A DNA stretch of 63,590 nt from Escherichia phage ECP2304, in sequence record OR880647.1; one strand, 5' to 3'. Shown here in pieces: positions 55,225 to 63,590 of the stretch. Position 1 is the first letter of the stretch. Each line of letters starts with the position of its first letter. Made by a program: the position numbers and the translations under genes. A model generated the notes under the pieces. It was not told the DNA's origin and did not search any database. It was given only the letters and a program-made list of their open reading frames with translations.

Positions 55225-55418
55225 TTACCCCTTAAGTTTTGAATCATTCTATCACAGGCAGCTTTTACAGAAGAGTTCTGCCAGTCTTCCTCAATTTGTG
55301 AAGGTTCTTCAGGCGAATAAGCAGCACTAATCAAGCACTGATTATAACCTTCAATATAAGCTTGCTTTGCGGTATCTATTATTGCTTGTAAAGCAACATT
55401 AAATAATTGTTGATCCAT
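55221..55418 (-). CDS. hypothetical protein (65 aa)
   Basis: ATG 55416-55418 after GAGGTG; track ORF extends further upstream. Confidence 0.45.
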   Translation of the reverse strand: MDQQLFNVALQAIIDTAKQAYIEGYNQCLISAAYSPEEPSQIEEDWQNSSVKAACDRMIQNLRGK

Positions 55419-55527
55419 CTCACACCTCACAGAATATACATAAACCAAAAATAACCAGCTACGAAAATAGCACCCGCAAATAATTTTAAAAGCTCGAACA
55501 TTGTTCCCTCCGTTAACTTTATGCTGT

Positions 55528-55555
55528 AAGTATAGCAGGACTTGCGATGTATGCA
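55528..55555 (-). promoter_or_regulatory. sigma70-like promoter (minus strand)
   Basis: Minus strand TTGCAT, 16-nt spacer, TATACT. Confidence 0.3.
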
Positions 55556-55600
55556 ACAACTTTAGACTTGAAATACATCTATAAAATAGCACGATTTGCC

Positions 55601-55629
55601 TTTACATCTGATCAGTCTAACTGTACTAT
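55601..55629 (+). promoter_or_regulatory. sigma70-like promoter for plus-strand island gene
   Basis: TTTACA, 17-nt spacer, TACTAT; GGAGGA RBS and ATG follow. Confidence 0.35.
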
Positions 55630-55659
55630 TAACCCATAAACAGAGCGGAGGATTACAAA

Positions 55660-55884
55660 ATGGTCATGCTGAATAAAGTATATAGCACAATGGGCGCGGA
55701 TTATAAAGTTGTACGTCACCCGCGTACTGGTAAATTTGAAGCATACATCCGTCCAATGGGTGAAGGTTGGATGTATTACGGTACTTATGATGACGCTGAG
55801 AAAGCTTATGAAGAAGCGGAAAGTGCGGCGGAAGCATCCGAAATTATGGCAAGGTACGACGTCGACGATTACTATTTCAACTAA
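55660..55884 (+). CDS. hypothetical acidic protein (74 aa), plus-strand island
   Basis: GGAGGA RBS; own promoter and terminator; sole plus-strand gene in minus-strand arm. Confidence 0.6.
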   Translation: MVMLNKVYSTMGADYKVVRHPRTGKFEAYIRPMGEGWMYYGTYDDAEKAYEEAESAAEASEIMARYDVDDYYFN

Positions 55885-55888
55885 CAAT

Positions 55889-55910
55889 AAAGGGCCGAAA
55901 GGCCCTTTAT
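55889..55910. terminator. bidirectional terminator
   Basis: AAAGGGCC-GAAA-GGCCCTTT flanked by A and T runs. Confidence 0.65.
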
Positions 55911-58247
55911 TTATTTGCTTAAGTCCTTGAAAACACTCTCAATTGACTCGTCTATATACCATCCCAATCCCCTGAAATTACGCTTCAACGCATCTTCACG
56001 CGTGACTGGAACGAGCGCACCCATGTCTACAAGTTGCTTGATGGTAAGGTCTGTTGCAGTACCTGCTCCCATCCTGTGATTCTTGAATGCTGCTAGACCG
56101 TAGGTTCTGCGTGTGATAGTTGCCTTTGGAATAATACCGTCAACGCGCAGCTCCTTACGATCACATGCAATCTTACCGCCAAGATAGTCTTTGCAGACCT
56201 GACAGATAGCCTTCACACGTGTTTCGTCATCACCGCCAATAGTACCTTTTTCCCATGCGTTGATCATAATGTCCTGACCGTGCGTAACAAAATCTACCGC
56301 CCATTGCATGTGGTTTGGTTGCACCACAGGATTGATCCAGTTTTCCCCCACCGCTAACAGAGAAGCAAGACGCAAAGCTTTAAGGTGTGCACGGTTCCAA
56401 GGCTGACGGATTGCTTCGTCTTTGGTTGCGTTAATGTGTTCGTCACATAACAGGTTAAACTCCCGTTCAATCCTTTCAGCTTCAGGACTTAACTGGACTG
56501 TGACAGTTTGAAACTTCGCCATTGTTACTAAGGTGTGGTTAACAAGATGGCACACCATGTCCTTTAACTGCTGGGGCATTATAATCTCAGGGTTTTCGTT
56601 TGCAGGAACTCGATCTCCTTCATATTGCACAATGTGGAAACGGGACAAGAAACCGTCTTCCATCATTTCACGGGTTAATGCTTCAAAGAAAGTGTCCGGT
56701 GTTGTTTCTCCCAGCACGCTGAACGCTACCCCTTCCATCGTTTTGGTATTATTAGCCTTATCAGAATATCCAATACCGCCAACAACATCCATTGCGCCAG
56801 ATTTTTGATATACATCTGTGATAGTTTGCTTCAGAGTATAGTTTGCAGTACCGGGCTGAGCTGTTGCCATACCTTTGATGGTTTTGCCAAACTCTCCGTT
56901 AATGTTCACAAACGAACTATGATCCGCAAAACTTTTACGCAATGCAGGACCGGACGCATAGTTAGTCATGTCTACAAATTCATGAACTTGCGGTAATTGC
57001 TCCCCTACTTGCTTGCAAATATAGCTGGGTCCGGCGTGAAGCATCTCTTTACCCACACCTGAGCGAGCGATAAGCACAAAGTAACCGTTCAGCCCTGTGT
57101 TGGTGATAGTATTCCATACCTTACCGCACACACCAGACAGAAATGCTAACGATGCGGTGATTGCAATTTCTTTCACGGGACGTTGCGATGCTTTGTAGAT
57201 GTACTTCGCAAGCTCCCCAGCAAGCCCCGGCGGCCACTCAATAGCGGTTGCATCAATAGACGTACTTTCTGCAACTACTATTTGACCGGAAGGACTAACT
57301 GTGGTTACAGGCATCTCTGTTACTTGCTGCATTGTGCTGTGTGCGGCTTGCATACGGGCAGCATAATCTCGCGCCAGCGCCGCTACGTTTTCCTGGGCAA
57401 TGCGCTCACGCTCCATGCGACCGCGGCACATCCGCAAACAACGGTCAATATGAACATTGTTCTTATTAGCCTTCTCACGTTTGCCCAGTGCACTGTAACG
57501 GAACAGACGGCGACATTGCTCATTACTTTCTGTATAGAATGCATACATAGAAATAAGAGCAAGGTCTGCTTCAGACTGGGAAGGGAATCCCATTTCAACC
57601 CATTCACCATTGAATAGGCGTGCATACTTATCCCCGTTGTCCGCTTCAAGCGCGCGCTGGTGAATAGTTGCATCGTCTTCTACCGGATCTTTTTCTACCA
57701 GTTCAATTTCATATGTCTTGCGCTGAAGATCAATTTCATTCACAAGCATAGTAAGATAATGATCGCGTTCGGCAACTGGTTTGTTATAGACAGGATTACC
57801 CGTGCAGATAATAAAACGCTCCTGACTATAAACTTCGACACCATCACGTCGACGACCTTTGCCGATGTTTCCTCTTAACCACAGGTGAACACCCAAGCCT
57901 GAGCGACTTACTTCGGTGTAAGTATCGAACGCGGTCATGATCTGTTCGAAGCGGCGCAACTGTTCCGGCGTCGTGTGCTTCTTGGGATCTGGTTCATTGG
58001 TTGCGTTCTTTACATCCAGGTCGATGCAGGTGAACGGGTCTTGTGCAGTAAGCACGAAGCCTATATAAGGTTTGTTGAAATGAGCAGCACAACCTTTGGC
58101 AGCTTCAAACGTCATAAGCATATCCGGATCGGTAACGTCCGCTGCCATCAAACGTCCGATATCGTTGTCCCATATTAATGGGCGTTTATCTTCACCAGCA
58201 ATAGCCCACTGATTGTATTGTTTAATTTCATCAGGAAATAATTTCAT
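55911..58247 (-). CDS. DNA primase-helicase (PrimPol-like N-terminus, SF3/D5-like helicase C-terminus)
   Basis: 778 aa; acidic DxD-type motif TCIDLDV, GVHLW; Walker A ARSGVGKE; ATG at 58245-58247. Confidence 0.6.
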   Translation of the reverse strand: MKLFPDEIKQYNQWAIAGEDKRPLIWDNDIGRLMAADVTDPDMLMTFEAAKGCAAHFNKPYIGFVLTAQDPFTCIDLDVKNATNEPDPKKHTTPEQLRRFEQIMTAFDTYTEVSRSGLGVHLWLRGNIGKGRRRDGVEVYSQERFIICTGNPVYNKPVAERDHYLTMLVNEIDLQRKTYEIELVEKDPVEDDATIHQRALEADNGDKYARLFNGEWVEMGFPSQSEADLALISMYAFYTESNEQCRRLFRYSALGKREKANKNNVHIDRCLRMCRGRMERERIAQENVAALARDYAARMQAAHSTMQQVTEMPVTTVSPSGQIVVAESTSIDATAIEWPPGLAGELAKYIYKASQRPVKEIAITASLAFLSGVCGKVWNTITNTGLNGYFVLIARSGVGKEMLHAGPSYICKQVGEQLPQVHEFVDMTNYASGPALRKSFADHSSFVNINGEFGKTIKGMATAQPGTANYTLKQTITDVYQKSGAMDVVGGIGYSDKANNTKTMEGVAFSVLGETTPDTFFEALTREMMEDGFLSRFHIVQYEGDRVPANENPEIIMPQQLKDMVCHLVNHTLVTMAKFQTVTVQLSPEAERIEREFNLLCDEHINATKDEAIRQPWNRAHLKALRLASLLAVGENWINPVVQPNHMQWAVDFVTHGQDIMINAWEKGTIGGDDETRVKAICQVCKDYLGGKIACDRKELRVDGIIPKATITRRTYGLAAFKNHRMGAGTATDLTIKQLVDMGALVPVTREDALKRNFRGLGWYIDESIESVFKDLSK

Positions 58248-58248
58248 C

Positions 58249-58773
58249 TTATACACCCAATTTGTTACAACCGTGGTTCTTGTGAAAATTGTAATCGGTT
58301 AATGCTTTACTTACAGCCATTTGTGCATCTTCAAAAGTATCGTATACTCCAAGATATTTTGAAGTCCCGTCGACGCCTATACGAGCTTGCCATTTATTAG
58401 TACCTTTGTGAAATGTAACTCCATTTACTCCAGAGGTATTATTGCGTTTCTTACTTTGATTTCGTCCATTTTCTTTGTGAGTAACAAGACGCAAGTTTTC
58501 AATGCGGTCGTCGTAACGAATGTGATTAATATGGTCTATTTCCATACCTTCCGGTATTGGACCATTATGCATTTCCCATACTATGCGTGAACGGCGATAT
58601 AGTTTGCCTTTAAGAGCAATACGAACATATCCTTTATCCGTAAGCGTACCTGCAACGCAACCTTCTTTCGCTCTTGCGCCCATATCTTTCTTCCAATACA
58701 ACACTCCTTCATTATATTGGAATATTACCGCCCATTGTGGGAAAGCTTTAATTTCAGCGGGAAACAGTTCCAT
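58249..58773 (-). CDS. HNH homing endonuclease with AP2 DNA-binding domain
   Basis: HNH motif EIDHINHIRYDDRIENLRLVTHKEN; AP2-like SGVNGVTFHKGTNKWQARI. Confidence 0.7.
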   Translation of the reverse strand: MELFPAEIKAFPQWAVIFQYNEGVLYWKKDMGARAKEGCVAGTLTDKGYVRIALKGKLYRRSRIVWEMHNGPIPEGMEIDHINHIRYDDRIENLRLVTHKENGRNQSKKRNNTSGVNGVTFHKGTNKWQARIGVDGTSKYLGVYDTFEDAQMAVSKALTDYNFHKNHGCNKLGV

Positions 58774-58782
58774 TGCAAATCC

Positions 58783-59028
58783 TTACTTAGAAGCTAGTTT
58801 TAACATGGATATAATTGCCGCCTTAATATTATCAACTGTGTCCCGAGCTTCTCGCTTGGACGCAAATGTGTTAACATATTCCACGCTATCCAAAACTTTA
58901 ACGTATAAGCGATAGCCTTCACCTTCCACATGTTCAACAACATAACCGTTGATGTCTAAAGACTTGCCAAAATAGCAACATGAAGATTTTGAATTAACCT
59001 GTTTCATGAAAGGATCAATTGTAGCCAT
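58783..59028 (-). CDS. hypothetical protein (81 aa)
   Basis: ATG 59026-59028 after GGAGGA; track ORF extends to 59076. Confidence 0.45.
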   Translation of the reverse strand: MATIDPFMKQVNSKSSCCYFGKSLDINGYVVEHVEGEGYRLYVKVLDSVEYVNTFASKREARDTVDNIKAAIISMLKLASK

Positions 59029-59302
59029 AAATCTGTTTCCTCCGCCATTCTTCATATGCTGAATTATTTGCATCATATACTTCGCAAGCGTCTTTCATGC
59101 TGTCATACAGTCCAAGGAAAGTTCGCCTTGTTTCCCCGCCTGCGTCTACCCATGTTAATCGGGCGAGCCATTTACCAGTTTTGTGATCGAAAGTAACACC
59201 CTCACGCCCGCTTACATTCTCCCGAGGCACTCGAGGTTTCCGGCGTGCAAGCCCGCGACCTTTGAAATTACTGCCCGGGACAGTCCTGCACTTACGACCC
59301 AC
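59015..59302 (-). CDS. AP2-domain DNA-binding protein
   Basis: AP2-like SGREGVTFDHKTGKWLARL; non-ATG start (GTG near 59302 after GGAGG, or TTG at 59320); start uncertain. Confidence 0.4.
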   Translation of the reverse strand: MGRKCRTVPGSNFKGRGLARRKPRVPRENVSGREGVTFDHKTGKWLARLTWVDAGGETRRTFLGLYDSMKDACEVYDANNSAYEEWRRKQIYGYN

Positions 59303-59507
59303 GACCAACCTCCGACACAATCCGACCAGCGTGCAACATTAAGACAGGCTCTGCAACTTCGCGCACGTAAACGTAAACGTTAGCAATTTTAACTTCGCCC
59401 GGCAGCTTGCCGCGCAGCGAACACAACTTGCGACGGCTAAGACCGAAGCGCTTTTCAATTTCTGATGTGGTTATGTATTTAAGATCAAATTCTTTTTGAC
59501 AGTCCAT
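59292..59507 (-). CDS. hypothetical DNA-binding protein (71 aa), first gene of minus-strand arm
   Basis: Strong RBS TAGGAGGTAGGT then ATG; putative HTH segment. Confidence 0.5.
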   Translation of the reverse strand: MDCQKEFDLKYITTSEIEKRFGLSRRKLCSLRGKLPGEVKIANVYVYVREVAEPVLMLHAGRIVSEVGRGS

Positions 59508-59613
59508 ACCTACCTCCTAACAGCACTATACACAATCCATAGTAATGCATCCACAATTATTCCACCTGAAGTTATGATGTGAGAGGATTGTTAATATATA
59601 ACCACATGTGATG

Positions 59614-59704
59614 GAAAGTTTTGGGTAGGAATAGTTGGTGCTCCACAGTTTGCGCAATGTGACCGAAAGTTTTGTGAGTTTTGCGAAGTTTTGCGAAGTT
59701 TTGT
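59614..59704. repeat. Array of GA(A)AGTTTTG direct repeats in right-end non-coding region
   Basis: Five copies including tandem GCGAAGTTTTGCGAAGTTTTG at 59681-59701. Confidence 0.7.
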
Positions 59705-59761
59705 GGTGCCACTGTTGCTAAAAACTTTAATAAAAACAATAAGTTGGTGCAGTAAGTTTTT

Positions 59762-59787
59762 GCGTTTTGGGGTAAAACGCATTTTTT
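59762..59787 (+). terminator. terminator-like hairpin in right-end non-coding region
   Basis: GCGTTTT-GGGGT-AAAACGC followed by ATTTTTT. Confidence 0.4.
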
Positions 59788-60336
59788 ACCCTAACACCCA
59801 AATCCCGACTGTTAGTAAAAAACGTATATAAATCAATAGCATAGATACTAAATGAATAGTGATTGGAATGGGTAGAAATCCAAATGATGGAAGTGGAATA
59901 ATTTATTCCTACTTGATAGAATAATGGAATCGGTACTCCAGAGCGCAAAAACCTAAAACTTTCAGTCAACAGACTAAAAACGGATAGAAACTAAAAGTTA
60001 ATAAGTAATAACATAAATATATATAAAATAAGGATTTATTAGTAATGTATATAGTACCTATTGGTATTATTTGAATGTTTTTGGGTCATTGTTAAAAAGT
60101 CCCAAAACTCACAAAAAGTGAAAGAATACAATTCGTGACAGGATTGTTAATGGAATAAGGTGTATGGATATACAGTATTATTCCAGATTCCGGAATAATT
60201 GGAATAATGGAATAAATTATTGAACTATTGTGATCGGAAGGTATATCAAGCTATAATGCGCTTAATCGCGGGATATTGGAGGAGGACTTTATTGCGCGGT
60301 TAACCGGACCAGTAGGAGGGCTGGCCCGGAAGTAGT

Positions 60337-60663
60337 TTAGAGCTGTACAGGTGTGAAGTGGGCTAGCGTATCGTCGGACATAATACCCGACAGTTTTTCG
60401 TTTACCCAGTCGGACCAAATGCTATCCGGTTCCTGGCGGTGCACAAACCAGATTTCGGATGTGCCTTCTTTGCGCATCGGTTGCACTTCTGCAAGGAACT
60501 TGTCCTGCATAAGGCGCGTGAAGCAGACGCTGGTCATTGGAACCGGCTTTTCGTCTTTATTGTAATAAGGGACCAATATTTTATTTCCGAAGTCTGCAAC
60601 TTCATAAACTGTTCCTTTGCGAAGGCCTCTGATGTCAGTGTAAGAGCGGATGAACTTTTTCAT
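60337..60663 (-). CDS. hypothetical protein (repeat copy of 442..768)
   Basis: Identical duplicate in right repeat. Confidence 0.5.
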   Translation of the reverse strand: MKKFIRSYTDIRGLRKGTVYEVADFGNKILVPYYNKDEKPVPMTSVCFTRLMQDKFLAEVQPMRKEGTSEIWFVHRQEPDSIWSDWVNEKLSGIMSDDTLAHFTPVQL

Positions 60664-60665
60664 AT

Positions 60666-60842
60666 TTATTTCCTTACGAACACAGAGCCGACGAATAATG
60701 TTGATTGAGTTGCAGCTTGCTCGATTAATTCGCCAACAAGCTGGGACTGCGTCAGAGGTTTAAGGCCTTCTTTGGCGCGAGCTTCATTTACACGACGTTG
60801 AAGGTCTTTTAGGTATTGAGTTGCGAAACTATCTAATTGCAT
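60666..60842 (-). CDS. small hypothetical protein (repeat copy of 771..947)
   Basis: Identical duplicate. Confidence 0.4.
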   Translation of the reverse strand: MQLDSFATQYLKDLQRRVNEARAKEGLKPLTQSQLVGELIEQAATQSTLFVGSVFVRK

Positions 60843-60891
60843 CTTCTTATCCTTAGGGCTCCCGCAGAAGCCCGTTGAATGTGGTTATCGA

Positions 60892-61041
60892 CTATAACGC
60901 TGCAAACATAAGCAGACGAATATTAACTGAAGTTTGGCTATTAAAGTCTTGACATTCTTTGATAATCTCTTCTTCACTTTTACCACTAAGTTTAGAATAT
61001 TCTGTGATTGCTTGTTTTAATACAGAATCAAAATTGTTCAT
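60892..61041 (-). CDS. small hypothetical protein (repeat copy of 997..1146)
   Basis: Identical duplicate. Confidence 0.45.
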   Translation of the reverse strand: MNNFDSVLKQAITEYSKLSGKSEEEIIKECQDFNSQTSVNIRLLMFAAL

Positions 61042-61051
61042 TTTATCCTCC

Positions 61052-61666
61052 TTATGCGTCCAGACCGTTGTATTTGCGCCAGGCGTAGAACTGAATGGCG
61101 ACAGTTGTTCCGTTGTAAGAAGGCATTGCAGCTTTCATCTCTTTCAGCGCCGGCGTGCGGCCCAGTTCCTTCAGAAGCTTGTCACCCATTGCCCACACTT
61201 CGGCAGTTTTTCCTTTAAGGGGCTTGCGAGCGCCATTTTTGAAATCGCAGCGAGCAGCTTTTGCATCCTGTTTTGGAGCGGCAGCTTTTGGCTCTTCAAT
61301 TTTGATTTCAGAAACCTGCGTGGCAGCTTTTGCGTGTTTCATATCTTTCTCTTCCTCCTGCTCCAAAGCTTTGAGGCAGCTTTTGACGATTTCCGGATTT
61401 ACCATCGGGCGCAGTACCGAGGCGCTAGCAGCTGGAGCGGCGGTCGGTGCTGGGGCTTTCTGCTCCGGCTTTTGAGCTTTTTCGTGATCGCGCAGCACCT
61501 GAAGGACTTCCTTTTCGACGATGTAAAAACCGATATCGTCCTGATGGATAAGCTGTTCGTGTGCGTCGCGTGCAACCTGGCCCCAGCGAGTTTTCAGAGC
61601 GCGGCGTGCATTCGTTTTCATGGTGTAGCGCATTTTGTCCTGTTCGCGGTGAGTTACTTTAGACAT
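61052..61666 (-). CDS. hypothetical protein (repeat copy of 1157..1771)
   Basis: Identical duplicate. Confidence 0.6.
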   Translation of the reverse strand: MSKVTHREQDKMRYTMKTNARRALKTRWGQVARDAHEQLIHQDDIGFYIVEKEVLQVLRDHEKAQKPEQKAPAPTAAPAASASVLRPMVNPEIVKSCLKALEQEEEKDMKHAKAATQVSEIKIEEPKAAAPKQDAKAARCDFKNGARKPLKGKTAEVWAMGDKLLKELGRTPALKEMKAAMPSYNGTTVAIQFYAWRKYNGLDA

Positions 61667-61739
61667 GGTATAGCTCCTTTCGTTAATGTTAGTTTGCTTA
61701 TTACTGCCCACCGTAATGATGAGCAGTGTATAAGAAAAC

Positions 61740-61988
61740 TTACTGCACGATTGCTACGAAATCGGCGGTTGCGATATCCATGCTTGCAAACGCTTTGACG
61801 GTGTAGCTGGTATCTGCCGCGGCGTTGAAGTCGCTCAGGAACTGTTGTACCGCGTGCTCATGGTTGAGCATTACGTCTACATTGCAGTCCCAGCTATAAA
61901 CCTTGCGCTGACCGAAACCTTTAACTGCAATACGCGCGCCTTTGGTGTTGGTTGGTGCCAAAAATTTGGTGACGATAGAAGTAGCCAT
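61740..61988 (-). CDS. hypothetical protein (repeat copy of 1845..2093)
   Basis: Identical duplicate. Confidence 0.55.
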   Translation of the reverse strand: MATSIVTKFLAPTNTKGARIAVKGFGQRKVYSWDCNVDVMLNHEHAVQQFLSDFNAAADTSYTVKAFASMDIATADFVAIVQ

Positions 61989-62061
61989 GATGTAATCCTC
62001 GTTTTGTTTAAGTTGACTTATTATTGCCCAGTCAGATCAACTAGGCAAGATATAAATCAGC

Positions 62062-62286
62062 TTATTTAACCATCAAGGCCCATCTTTTATAGCCGTTCAG
62101 CTCCATTCTATGACCGTGGTCGTTGCAGTAACGTTGGATATTATTAAAGTCGTTATCGTTCATATCGCTGACGTCAATATTAAAATAGTTGCGCTTTGCA
62201 GGTGTAACGTATTGGGATAACTGCATTGAGTACAGATGTTCAATGTTGTCGATAATAGCTTGCTGAACTTTAGTGATAGTAGCCAT
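62062..62286 (-). CDS. hypothetical protein (repeat copy of 2167..2391)
   Basis: Identical duplicate. Confidence 0.5.
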   Translation of the reverse strand: MATITKVQQAIIDNIEHLYSMQLSQYVTPAKRNYFNIDVSDMNDNDFNNIQRYCNDHGHRMELNGYKRWALMVK

Positions 62287-62676
62287 GATACACCTCCTAA
62301 TGTGGTTAAGCAGTATTGCTTTGTTGAAGTAATAATAGCCTTGCATCGTGATATTGAATAGGCCAAACGTGCTATTTTGATATTGTTTTGCATCTAGTGA
62401 AAATCATGCTTGTATCGCATATTTAGCACTAATGGCCTAACTAACATCACACGATCTGGTCTACGCGCGTGCATACATACATATAAGGAGTGCCGGACAG
62501 GATCGGACCGACCAGGGGCGCTCAACCGTCTCTGTCCGTCCTGTAAGCTGGTCCCCGGACTGGTCCAAAATATTTTTATAAAAAGATGCAAAAAGGTGTA
62601 GACATATGATCAATCTAACCCTACTATATACACATACCGCAAGGGTACTACAAATTAACTTAAAGGGGTTTACATC

Positions 62677-62880
62677 ATGTCTATTCGTAGCGTTATCTGT
62701 GTAATGGTTGCAAACAATAATTTTGGTTTCGTAGAAGGTGCAGAGTATAAAATGGATCTTAAGACTCGTTGCATTATTAAAGGTGAAGAGGAATGGCGTG
62801 CAGTGGTAGAAGATCGCGGCGATATCTACATCTATAGTTCTGATACAATGAAAACTATTGCCGTCTTCGAATTTAACTAA
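62677..62880 (+). CDS. hypothetical protein (repeat copy of 2782..2985)
   Basis: Identical duplicate. Confidence 0.55.
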   Translation: MSIRSVICVMVANNNFGFVEGAEYKMDLKTRCIIKGEEEWRAVVEDRGDIYIYSSDTMKTIAVFEFN

Positions 62881-62948
62881 GCTAACTTATACAATGGGCA
62901 TTAGTACAGTGCCCATTAATAAGCTAACTAATTATAACGAGGTGTATT

Positions 62949-63134
62949 ATGTCTACGAACACTGTGAAGTCTGTAAATAATAGCAACAGAACATTTAAAG
63001 TTATCTATTATGGCGAATATATTGGAGACGTTACAGCTCCCAGCCGCATCGCTGCGGAAGACTTCGTCCGTACAGAGATGGAGCTTGGAATCGCCGATTT
63101 TGCAGCCATTATCGAACTGGTAGAGGTATTCTGA
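62949..63134 (+). CDS. hypothetical protein (repeat copy of 3054..3239)
   Basis: Identical duplicate. Confidence 0.5.
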   Translation: MSTNTVKSVNNSNRTFKVIYYGEYIGDVTAPSRIAAEDFVRTEMELGIADFAAIIELVEVF

Positions 63135-63135
63135 T

Positions 63136-63276
63136 ATGCAACGCAAATACACGCTTACACGCGCACAGCACGCGTTATTGATTGCAGCTATGCGCGCAGA
63201 ATATGCAGTACACGGCTGGCATAGCGCCATGATGCGAGGTAAAAGCATATATGCAGACATATGCTCGCAAGAATAA
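63136..63276 (+). CDS. small hypothetical protein (repeat copy of 3241..3381)
   Basis: Identical duplicate. Confidence 0.35.
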   Translation: MQRKYTLTRAQHALLIAAMRAEYAVHGWHSAMMRGKSIYADICSQE

Positions 63277-63590
63277 CGCACACAGCAGCACCACAGCGAG
63301 CTAAAGCTCAAAGGTAATGGTAATGCATTACCAACACACAATAAGCACGCTGTACCCAGCAAAGCGGCGCTAATTTCAACACTCACAGGCTGTACGTTAA
63401 CGCGTACGGCCTGCTCTGCTATATGCACGCCATGTATATAGCCAGCTCACAATGCACATCAATATAATTACGAATGAAATGGATTCGTCTGGAAGAATAA
63501 CAATTCTTACAGTCACAGACCGGTCCAATGAGCCAACTCATAGACCCCACCTAGGATCATCAGGGTACTAATAATCACCCGAGGGCCCTT

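Larger units (their letters stand above)
59896..63590. repeat. Right copy of exact 3,695-bp direct (terminal) repeat
   Basis: Identical to 1..3695. Confidence 0.9.

Noticed and set aside
1-63590. tRNA genes, CRISPR arrays, integrase or repressor (lysogeny module)
   Set aside because: No T-loop-containing cloverleaf candidates, no repeat-spacer arrays and no recombinase or CI-like genes found by eye; a tRNA scan was not run and would be the decisive check.

Overview
The window reads as an essentially complete, gene-dense genome of a virulent tailed phage (siphovirus-like, T1/Seurat-like layout). A 59,895-bp unique sequence is bounded by an exact 3,695-bp direct repeat (1..3695 = 59896..63590). 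The plus-strand arm (about 2.8-32.8 kb) carries small early genes (including a C39-like cysteine peptidase and an HslV-like Ntn hydrolase), a lysis cassette (putative endolysin, holin, overlapped i-/o-spanins), terminase small and large subunits, portal, scaffold, major capsid, neck proteins, major tail protein, a G/GT frameshift chaperone, tape measure, tail-tip proteins and a tail fibre with a C-terminal self-cleaving chaperone domain. The minus-strand arm (about 59.5-32.8 kb) carries primase-helicase, HNH endonucleases, dUTPase, RNase H, ATP-dependent ligase, a recombination set (Sak4-like ATPase, SSB-like protein, Cas4-like nuclease, SF2 helicase), a complete 7-deazaguanine (preQ0) DNA-modification module (folE, queD, queE, queC, dpdA plus a YhhQ-like transporter and several unknown ORFs), a beta-clamp-like protein and a family B DNA polymerase. 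No integrase, repressor, tRNA or CRISPR array was found. All calls are by eye from the sequence and six-frame track (motifs, RBS, gene order); no database search was run, so family assignments are inferences.
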